Shown: piece after piece, positions 12,001 through 16,415 of the stretch
How positions within the stretch are numbered: position 1 is the first letter of the stretch
Layout of the letters: each line of letters starts with the position of its first letter
Source of the DNA: a virus
Lineage: Duplodnaviria > Caudoviricetes
IMG/VR virus record: IMGVR_UViG_3300010354_000548
Coordinates: 1-26,241 of that record
Length of the DNA: 26,241 nt
Strand: one strand, 5' to 3'
Made by a program: the position numbers and the translations under genes
The notes under the pieces: generated by a model
Told to the model about the DNA's origin: nothing
What the model saw: only the letters and a program-made list of their open reading frames with translations
Database searches by the model: none

Positions 12001-14340
12001 GCTCCGATTGCAGGCATCGATATACATTATATTTTAACGGGAGATAGTAATTATTCACTAAGCACAGTGTATTCTTATCAAATTCCTATAGACGGATTTG
12101 CTCAAAATTATACTTTGCCTAATAACACCGTAGGAATTAATAAACCTTACGAAAATAATGTAATCGTGATTAAAAACGGACAAGTATTAACTGCCGGAAT
12201 AAACACAAATTACGTTATGCAAGATAACCAACTTGTATATACTATTCCTGCCTATAGATCAGAAGCATATTCTATTAATCCAACACAGTTTTTTATCTAC
12301 ATTAATGGAATAGAATTAGCCAACGGAGTAGACTATGTTTTTTCAAGTGGAACTTCGACTTTAACTATTTCAAAAGAAAAATATATTGAAGGTGCGACAC
12401 TGACTTTATTAGATTATACTGCTTCAGATTACTTCTTTATTGATACAGAAATAACGTTCTTAGATCCATTATATGTAACAGATGATGTCAGAGTGATAAG
12501 TTTTTATAATCACGATATTGAAAAAATTATACGAAGTTATGAAAGATTCGACATAAGTTCAAGTTTAGTACCTGGAACTTCTTCATATTTTGAATATACA
12601 AAATTAAGAGGTGGATCTATTAGACTTTTTAGAACAACTAGAAAAGATGATTATATCTGGGTCATTAAGAACAAGAGATTATTATCACACAGCATAGATT
12701 TTTATCTTGACGACGATTTAAGAACTATTAAGCTAGCAGACGAATTATTGGAAACAGATAAGATAGAAATAATTCTGTTTAACGATAACAATGTGCAGTT
12801 AGGCTACGGATATATGCAATTTAAAGATATGCTTAACAGAGTTCATTATAAGCGAATTAGAAAATCAAAATCTACAAGATTAACTGTTAACTTGTTACAA
12901 AAAGATTTAACAATTCAAGTTAAGGATGGATCAGTCTTATCGAAACCAAATGCATCAAAAAATCTTCCAGGTATTATTGAGATTAATGGCGAACGGATTG
13001 AATACTTTGAACTTAATGGAAATACTCTTTCTCAATTAAGACGAGGTACGTTAGGAACTGGAACTCCAGAAGTACATCTAGCTGATTCTTATATTATTGA
13101 TATAGGGCCGTCGGAAACGATTCCGTATAATGATCAGCACATTGTGGAAACTTTTATAGGTGATGGCAGTAGTCAAGAATTTATATTAAATTATAATCCT
13201 ACTGTTAGTACTACTGACTGGTATAGAGACACTATTCCTTTAGATTTTGGAAGATCAGACGAACTTGATGTGTTTGTTGGTGGGTATAGATTAAAGAAAG
13301 TGCCATATCAATTATATCAAGATTCTAACAACTATCCATATAGTCCAGAAGGAGATACTCAGTTTGAAGCCGACTTTAGTGTAAACGGAACAAATAAATT
13401 GCGATTAACAAATTCTGCTACAGAAAATTCTAAAGTTGTTGTAGTTAAAAAAGTAGGAAGAGTCTGGGAAGATGCAGAAGATCCAACAGAAATTTTTAGA
13501 AATGTTAGACCTTCAATCGGAGATGCTTCGTTTGATGTGATAAAAGTAAATTCCAATTATTCAGTAAAATTAAGGGATCCGGGTACTGTATATAATAAAG
13601 GTGATGTAATTTATCTTTCAGGTGCGTATGTAGGAGGATCTAGTCCAGAAAATGATATTACAATAACGATTACTGATACCTTTATTGACAGAGGAAGAAA
13701 TACGGCTAGGTCTGTAAAAATATACCCAGGCGGTCCGTTATTTGGAGCTACTTTCATTGTTCCAGGAGAAACTTATATTATTGAATTTGTAGGAACTACT
13801 GATTTTACTTTAATAGGAGCACCGTCTAATGAAGTTGGCGTAGAATTTACAGCTACAGGTGCAGGCATAGGAACTGGCACAGCATTTATTGTATTACCAA
13901 TTGCTGAACCTAACGAAGTGATATTCACATTGGCTACAGGAGTTGCAAATATTCTCTGGGTCGATAAGTATTTTATAGGCAATGGAGGTTCAGGTTACAT
14001 AAGAAGTATTGATAATACTGGTGTAACAGGATCATTTACAGTTGAGTTAGATAATCCTTTAGCTAATAAAAAATCAATTTTAGCTAAAGAGTGGGCAATT
14101 TATCCTTATAAAGATCCTAGAAAATCTATTGTACAATTTACATATACAGGTATTGGGTTGGAGAATGGATTTGTTTGTAAGAGTTTATCAGAATCTAACA
14201 ATCCTATTGCAGACTTTTTAAAGAATACAGAAACAGTGTTTCCGACTTATATTTCTTTACCAGAAATACCGCTTGAAGCAAATTTTGATAATCCGTTGTT
14301 TACAATGGATAGTCCAGGAAATACATTTGATGAGGATTAA
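1..14340 (+). CDS. Giant multidomain virion structural protein (baseplate wedge/scaffold-like), 5'-truncated, >=4779 aa
   Basis: Frame +1 is open from base 1 (IKTSRIQGSTNRYNNGVTNN...) to TAA at 14338-14340, so the TTG at 115 in the ORF track is not the true start. It contains FG-GAP-like repeats (5890-8034), six CBM5/12-like motifs, GxGY repeats typical of T4-like baseplate proteins (9169-9350, 10279-10520) and about ten V-x-x-NG-x-x-L beta-sandwich repeats. It lies directly upstream of fibre genes. Confidence 0.85.
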   Translation: MKTSRIQGSTNRYNNGVTNNATSNGVITFTVPANAPDVLFYVSENDVNAGGVFQILDVEENSFLDLDKDILGKKTYTMTNGIDMSNGMKLKFIGRVTPEIYANGYWYVEGVGTEIKLIPESELEIVSSYSDSKELLFDDIGFDNEPFSSASSFAGKKDYITISRGSADRNAWSRYNRWFHKDIIESAAQAENQIPVFDQSLRANRPIIEFKNNIKLFNFGHKAKATVDLIDNFTKDVFSTIEGSLGYNIDGVDLVNGMRVLFTADPDRLVKDKIFKVNFINVVVPGRQFTFNASTQVDVDNNIISVSSPHNLSSSDQLVYLNNGNDSITGLINRKIYYVYVIDTLRFQLFNDRLLTVPVEIFETGSEIHKFEVYNKLRRQINLVEEPDTDPILNETVLIKSGVTNGGYMYWYNGNDWKYAQQKTNIGQPPLFDLFDENEVSYSDSTVYDSSTFQGNKVFSYKVGTGPVDPNLNFPLTYKNINNVGDIVFEFNLLNDSFNYKVDIQVKSKNTDVAYLRQIENLTTYSYANGWTKTLVTNLQPVVRIFKNSGLINDFPIDVYDDTNNLNDLEVRVYIDGIRLSKDKFSIQSNVVRKFVRLVNDVTTSNVVTLKCFSSQKKNEKGHYDVPLNLQNNPLNDNVNEFTLGEVIDHVGSIVENLNQFSGEYPGESNLRDLGNISGYGTRFLQHSGPLNLALYHLGQKNFNIFKALEKARDDYGKFKRSFLVAASNTGIETEARLHVDYVLEKMSKDQASNKPYYLSDMFAYTVANRLEYIIEDPRLKIYPMSNIFNLTSLSNKAVYLYINGEQLVYGRDYEFGDDVFITIIRDLYENDVLEIIEYESTDGSFCPATPTKLGLYPKFEPKKFIDDSYLEPKEVIQGHDGSITLAYGDYRDDMLLELEKRIFNNIKSSYDTDIFNIYEFIPGHSRNTIYSKEEFDVVLSRFFYQWTLLINEDYTQQTYWDRLNPFTFNYRGNFTPDGRDIPAFWRGVYNWLLDTDRPHTHPWECLGFSVEPAWWTEIYGPAPYTSDNRVLWDDIKQGIIREPGKPIRINELFVKSALQYGTPVDDQGNLLDPVNANFAQGPLNPTPEGYYVFGDQGPVEAAWRKSSFYPFSLIQALLLLQPNKVLASCYDVSRTKRNFNNQLIYSETGLRIRLKDLVLPSTIAQNNRIYAAGLVNYIVDYISSDLLSLIDEYKNDLQRLTNKIGSKLGSFTSKTKLKLLLDSKSPTSTGGVFIPEENYNIFLNTSSPIKKVVYSGVIITKYPDGYEIRGYDLDNPFFTYYPYRKTGSTIKVGGISESFADWTANKTYVAGKIVLYNGVYYRVKTTHETSDTFDSQLYTKLPRLPEIGGVEILLRDLWDYSSPITLAYGTKLQTIQDVADFIQGYGEYLEQLGFVFEEFNNILQTITNWKTSLQEFAFWTTQNWKEGSVLALSPCAQTLTFKSNLEVVNDIKDPFYGYKIYRVDGKLLDSSNLQVYRNKNEFYLDVKNTSQGIYGAVLYTIQKEHALIIDNSTLFNDVIYDLAPGYRQERIKVLGYVASEWSGGFDIPGFIYDEAKINDWQIWTDYKLGDIVKFKEFYYSAKKFILGSEQFNFEDWHRLDEKPESQLLSNWDYKADQFRDFYDLDTDNFDAEQQRLAQHLIGYQNRQYLENIIKDDVSQYKFYQGMIVEKGSLNVLNKLFDTLSADDQESLEFNEEWALRVGEFGASNAFEEVEFKLDENLFRLSPQPFELTNDINPSVVDYVIRQKSTDVYIKPVGYNNNPWPLSNVRQFLRSAGFVRYNDVKVAIDTLDEILQQDISNFIEGDYIWCAFDTVKNNYWNVYRLTNANINVESVKFGEADFTVICERIPDIQVGQYIGIDQNEKINGFYKVKSIQGRSLTVDKDLTGIDLKTEDSSVPVIYKFTTSKIEDINFANDSLPPIIKSGELIWANNIGQGLRGVYENNKVYNRISFETPDPKLNLKFGLKVSSTKDGSLCAVTTANNQVIIFSKAVSDAKWTQTFVIDPIKYIFPDDIDGGEAFRAAQGFGYETAFTPDGEWLAIAAPLASRVRSGWQGDFVEGQSYDFGDAVRVRSTHWYAKRNILGDSAVNFKDDTPGPNFGSRNYDEFRFRQDWTPAYLINTDATKSPSALTEQGYVALYKKVGQGEFTLVHSFVSPEPTNNERFGSKLSFAKQGNDYVLAVSSPGYRGRGRVYMYRYGETETDSTVSFWKMDYNRFYAGAFSSFNQYYPGDIVLNPANYQLYRCLAFQDPTPIETNPSAWQIITSATSILGFFPQIVNDDIEIDNNVTFDSSYRLPPPLRNDAVEIVFPGDEFGYDVRLSAEGGDTLVISAPASDDFNYGNFKGKFKKTIIYSKGDVVYHRGGFWRYAVDSDTDPNEDEFVESEWEILNVTYEDSSYGYQGEFKLDGRYYPGDVVYVKDNITGKATLYQSIGNFIGDGSSGTELDKSHEWRKLFPRTTNTGKVFVYKFDGSAYSLSQTLGANQALGINTEERFGESVAVSDDSSVIAVGSVLTDRITADQGKVVIFKQEANVYFKQQDLYSQRGEPREKFGSYVDFMNNGETLAVFSANGDIENVTIFDKSRTTFDNGFLRIVDLQVDTGRIDIYDRYDVNYVYGESLSTPYLDEDLQVNDLSDKYGYSISVSNNNILVSAPLEDGTVTNIGKIYSYIKGTGKLSWTQKYKESKTPDANKIKKSYLYNRKTNTLVSYLDVVDSIRGKIPGPADQEIKYKTYYDPAIYSVASENLNVNEGSKWDEKYVGMLWWDLTRAKFVENSVGDVTYRSVNWNKLYKTASIDIYEWVSSKYLPSQWDELTGTEEGFAQGISGTTRYGDQSYSVKKRFDTITKTFVSTYYYWVKNPTLIPNVVGRSMSANDVSQMISDPVGYGYPCLALTGTNSFSLSNVKNFLEEDRIVLNVQYWTIDDLTKNSHSQWKIISEKSNTIIPREIESKWLDSLVGKDYQNRILPDRKLPFKLKYGIESRPRQSMFSNRVEALKEFIEKTNSILSQLVIVDIADLTDLLSNDPEPSVISGVYDKIVDVDAELRLIGTSRLKNAVITLEITNGKITGAEIVNPGNGYVNAPYVNIVGKGKDAIVKTVISNGKVVGVKIIDPGYGYNTDTFAVIRPYAVLIRSDSLSLNKWAVVNWNDTKKEWLRVKTQSYDVTNFWEYIDWYDVGYNQYTPIDFVVENTYQLGFLESPIGSIVKVKNIGSGGWVLLEKYDNLVTIDYTKNYKVIARQNGTIKFKSSLYNFTNTTFGYDADLYDSLFYDNVAEKELKIIIDTIKNKIFVEDLRIHYIKLFFTSLRYVFKEQFFVDWAIKTSFVNANHKAGYLQQKVSYNSDSLQDFEEYIKEVKPYRTKIREYVSSYTAIDNSQTSITDFDLLPSIKNNLTVEPVKAKINNNDGSVEYYDPVLETYPWKFWLDNVGFNIQSIEISDPGSGYITRPVVRINGGFGSGAEAKAYINSGKLARIDLISKGSGYLKAPEIIIDGGLAVGGTAAKAVAIIENSVVRSNKLSIKFDRITRNYYVTEIEVTETFVGNNSRKQWPLKYSPNLTYNKTSVKINNADVLKFDYTLTSKKSTARGYTSYSGLITFETAPQANAEIVVTYEKDFNHLSAADRINFYYNPQTGQLGKDLAQLMQGIDFGGVNITGLGFNINGGWDSLPWYSDGWDGFDAEFDDRIISVGDSTYSFQIGYVPEVGQEINIYLNGKRLDDPYFDLYDGITVQANGRKVAPVGTVMQTWVGNGIDDTILLPDSAGLDIKAGDKIIFRKNTSDGSYPGDLNELDTQLSGGNLAYTTATGFAPDDILLDGEGFVTPAQSHAPEEIVPGHISDAVAIKMFRLPKSGSSTISFNNYVADGVTNTYSYGQIANSPSAIIVKYNNLVLKQSVGYTVNYNDRTISLIDSFGNSLIPVQGALVSVASFGFGSNSILDIGTTVSDGSTLEILTNAPWPRLQNDVLDTDALNRLGSVVIVDGIYVNYELFETDETYESPHRVGIRLADAPIAGIDIHYILTGDSNYSLSTVYSYQIPIDGFAQNYTLPNNTVGINKPYENNVIVIKNGQVLTAGINTNYVMQDNQLVYTIPAYRSEAYSINPTQFFIYINGIELANGVDYVFSSGTSTLTISKEKYIEGATLTLLDYTASDYFFIDTEITFLDPLYVTDDVRVISFYNHDIEKIIRSYERFDISSSLVPGTSSYFEYTKLRGGSIRLFRTTRKDDYIWVIKNKRLLSHSIDFYLDDDLRTIKLADELLETDKIEIILFNDNNVQLGYGYMQFKDMLNRVHYKRIRKSKSTRLTVNLLQKDLTIQVKDGSVLSKPNASKNLPGIIEINGERIEYFELNGNTLSQLRRGTLGTGTPEVHLADSYIIDIGPSETIPYNDQHIVETFIGDGSSQEFILNYNPTVSTTDWYRDTIPLDFGRSDELDVFVGGYRLKKVPYQLYQDSNNYPYSPEGDTQFEADFSVNGTNKLRLTNSATENSKVVVVKKVGRVWEDAEDPTEIFRNVRPSIGDASFDVIKVNSNYSVKLRDPGTVYNKGDVIYLSGAYVGGSSPENDITITITDTFIDRGRNTARSVKIYPGGPLFGATFIVPGETYIIEFVGTTDFTLIGAPSNEVGVEFTATGAGIGTGTAFIVLPIAEPNEVIFTLATGVANILWVDKYFIGNGGSGYIRSIDNTGVTGSFTVELDNPLANKKSILAKEWAIYPYKDPRKSIVQFTYTGIGLENGFVCKSLSESNNPIADFLKNTETVFPTYISLPEIPLEANFDNPLFTMDSPGNTFDED
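5890..8034 (+). repeat. Seven FG-GAP/integrin-alpha-like protein repeats (predicted 7-bladed beta-propeller) within the giant ORF
   Basis: Blade starts: FGLKVSS (5890), FGYETAF..LAIAAP (6079), FGSKLSF..LAVSSP..GRVYMY (6493), FGYDVRL..LVISAP (6940), FGESVAV..IAVGS..GKVVIF (7480), FGSYVDF..LAVFS (7651), YGYSISV..ILVSAP..GKIYSY (7909). Confidence 0.75.
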
Positions 14341-14342
14341 AA

Positions 14343-15746
14343 ATGAAAGAAACAATTAATTTAGGATCTCGACCAGGCGACGGAACTGGTGATTCTTTAC
14401 GTGTCGCCGGTGAAAAGATTAATAGAAATTTTGATGAAGTTTTTAATTTCATTGACCAAGCAGACCTGCAACGAGGTAGAACAGGAGAACGAGGATACAC
14501 TGGTAGTTCAGGAGACATCGGACCCCAAGGGGATGTAGGATATACTGGCAGTTCAGGTGCTCAAGGTGCTCAAGGTGTTCAAGGTATCACTGGTTTTACA
14601 GGTAGTAGCGGAACTTCTGGTTTTACAGGTAGTAGCGGAACTTCTGGTTTTACAGGTAGTAGAGGTTTTACAGGTAGCAGCGGAACTTCTGGTTTTACAG
14701 GTAGTACCGGATATACAGGTAGCCAAGGCATACCAGGGGAGTTTGCCGCAATAGGGTACACTGGATCACAAGGCGATCCAGGACTACAAGGAGATATTGG
14801 ATATACAGGCAGTCAGGGCGATCCAGGACCACAAGGCGACCCAGGACTACAAGGAGATCCAGGACTACAAGGAGATATTGGATATACAGGTAGTCAGGGC
14901 GATCCAGGACCACAAGGCGATCCAGGACTACAAGGAGATCCAGGACTACAAGGAGATATTGGATATACAGGTAGTCAGGGCGATCCAGGACTACAAGGAG
15001 ATATTGGATATACAGGTAGTCAGGGCGATCCAGGACTACAAGGCGATCCAGGACCACAAGGCGATCCAGGACTACAAGGAGATATTGGATATACAGGCAG
15101 TCAAGGTGACATTGGTTACACTGGTAGTCAGGGTGACATTGGTTACACTGGGTCGGCCGGAGCATCGGGGCTAAGTGCCTTTCCTGTAGTACTAACCACA
15201 GATTTAACCGACGATGCTAATCCTATTAATACCACAGGAAAATCTCAAGGAAAACCAGTTTGGGCCAGCGACGATTATCTCATTTATGTTGCCAGTGGTA
15301 GTTCTGCCAATAGTGTATGGTACGGATCGGACGGAGTCACAACAAGAACACCGGTATATATTCCACCACCGGTTGCTGACATAACCGGAACATTAACTGT
15401 CGGATTTAGTGGAGCCTATGATTACGGTTATAGTACTGAAGGAACTCTATATGGCTCAATGACTACTAATCCTGCAAATATTTTTAAATCTATAAGTGCT
15501 GCTGAAGGCGGTGGATGCAATATATTCTTTAATGCCGGAACTTACTCAGGAGGAAATGGGTCGATTGTCATCGCTAATGGTCAAATGAACGGTAGCAATT
15601 CGGTGTCATTAACGATTGATGGGATATCCGTTGCAGCTACAACAAGTGATTTCTTTGGTCAAACTGCCATAACTTTGTTTCCAGATCCATTTGGTATAGT
15701 AGCTAAAAATGGTCAAACATTAAATGTAAGCCTGTCGATAACATAA
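14343..15746 (+). CDS. Collagen-like tail/baseplate fibre with T4 gp10/gp9-like N-terminal attachment motif (467 aa)
   Basis: GAGGA RBS lies in the last codons of the upstream gene. The N-terminus MKETINLGSRPGDGTGDSLRVAGEKINRNFDE matches the DGTGDxLRxxGxKINxNF motif of T4 gp10-like proteins. It is followed by a 234-aa Gly-X-Y tract and a non-repetitive C-terminal head. Confidence 0.85.
   Translation: MKETINLGSRPGDGTGDSLRVAGEKINRNFDEVFNFIDQADLQRGRTGERGYTGSSGDIGPQGDVGYTGSSGAQGAQGVQGITGFTGSSGTSGFTGSSGTSGFTGSRGFTGSSGTSGFTGSTGYTGSQGIPGEFAAIGYTGSQGDPGLQGDIGYTGSQGDPGPQGDPGLQGDPGLQGDIGYTGSQGDPGPQGDPGLQGDPGLQGDIGYTGSQGDPGLQGDIGYTGSQGDPGLQGDPGPQGDPGLQGDIGYTGSQGDIGYTGSQGDIGYTGSAGASGLSAFPVVLTTDLTDDANPINTTGKSQGKPVWASDDYLIYVASGSSANSVWYGSDGVTTRTPVYIPPPVADITGTLTVGFSGAYDYGYSTEGTLYGSMTTNPANIFKSISAAEGGGCNIFFNAGTYSGGNGSIVIANGQMNGSNSVSLTIDGISVAATTSDFFGQTAITLFPDPFGIVAKNGQTLNVSLSIT
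14475..15176 (+). repeat. Collagen Gly-X-Y tract built from near-perfect DNA tandem repeats (18/27/45/81-bp units)
   Basis: 78 in-register triplets: 77 Gly-X-Y plus one AAI. The 27-bp unit GGTTTTACAGGTAGTAGCGGAACTTCT occurs at 14592, 14619 and 14664 (variant). 81-bp units occur at 14817-14897, 14898-14978 and 15024-15104 (permuted); 45-bp units at 14772-14816 and 14979-15023. Confidence 0.95.
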
Positions 15747-15775
15747 CTGAGATAAACTAGCACATTTTAAACCCG

Positions 15776-15783
15776 GATAAATA
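15776..15783 (+). promoter_or_regulatory. Putative T4-type late promoter (GATAAATA)
   Basis: 7/8 match to the T4 gp55 late consensus TATAAATA, in the 57-bp gap 20 nt before the ATG at 15804. The AT-rich background limits certainty. Confidence 0.55.
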
Positions 15784-15803
15784 ATACATTAAAAGAGACT
15801 ACT

Positions 15804-16415
15804 ATGCAAGGTAAAGACTTATCAGGAATCCATATCGAAGGACATATAAAAATTTGGTATCCCGAAACTGGAGAAATAGCTGTAAATAAACGCAATGCTA
15901 TACATTATGAAAATATTAGTATAGCTCTTGCTGAATCAATAGCTAATTCAGGCCAAGGTTTTATATATGAAATGGCATTCGGAAATGGCGCAACTACTGT
16001 TGATCCTACTGGCATTATAACTTACTTAACTCCAAACAGTACAGGTATTAATGCCGGTCTATACAATCAAACTTATTCAAAAGTTATCGATGACAGATCA
16101 GTAGCCAACTTAGATCCAATTAGAAATAAATTAGAAACTCGTCATGTAACTGGTACTAATTATACGGATGTTTTTGTAACTTGTTTGTTAGATTATGGAG
16201 AGCCTACAGGTCAAGAAGCATTTGATAATGTTACTAATAACGAAAGTGACTTTGTTTTTGATGAAATTGGTTTAAAATCATACAGTTCTACTGGCCAAAG
16301 TAGATTACTGACTCATGTTATTTTTCATCCTGTACAAAAAAGTTTGAATAGATTAATTCAGGTAGATTATACAGTAAGAATACAAAGTCTTACAGGATTA
16401 AGTGAGGTAGCATAA
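15804..16415 (+). CDS. Virion structural protein, probable baseplate/fibre-attachment component (203 aa)
   Basis: Beta-rich ORF between fibre genes. The C-terminal FDEIGL...RLLTHVIFHPVQKS...IQVDYTVRI pattern resembles baseplate-arm/fibre-attachment (DUF3751-like) domains. Its stop overlaps the next ATG (TAATG). Confidence 0.65.
   Translation: MQGKDLSGIHIEGHIKIWYPETGEIAVNKRNAIHYENISIALAESIANSGQGFIYEMAFGNGATTVDPTGIITYLTPNSTGINAGLYNQTYSKVIDDRSVANLDPIRNKLETRHVTGTNYTDVFVTCLLDYGEPTGQEAFDNVTNNESDFVFDEIGLKSYSSTGQSRLLTHVIFHPVQKSLNRLIQVDYTVRIQSLTGLSEVA

Noticed and set aside
14592-15158. Repeats as a possible CRISPR array
   Set aside because: Contiguous in-frame coding repeats with no unique spacers and no cas genes.
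14557-15174. Alternative-frame and antisense periodic ORFs (14557+, 14579-, 14695-, 14797+)
   Set aside because: By-products of stop-free tandem repeats in the collagen gene; no independent coding evidence.
14343-15746. Eukaryotic or giant-virus origin suggested by collagen and FG-GAP repeats
   Set aside because: Shine-Dalgarno sites, overlapping operonic genes, and tail-collar and gp10-like motifs indicate a bacteriophage.
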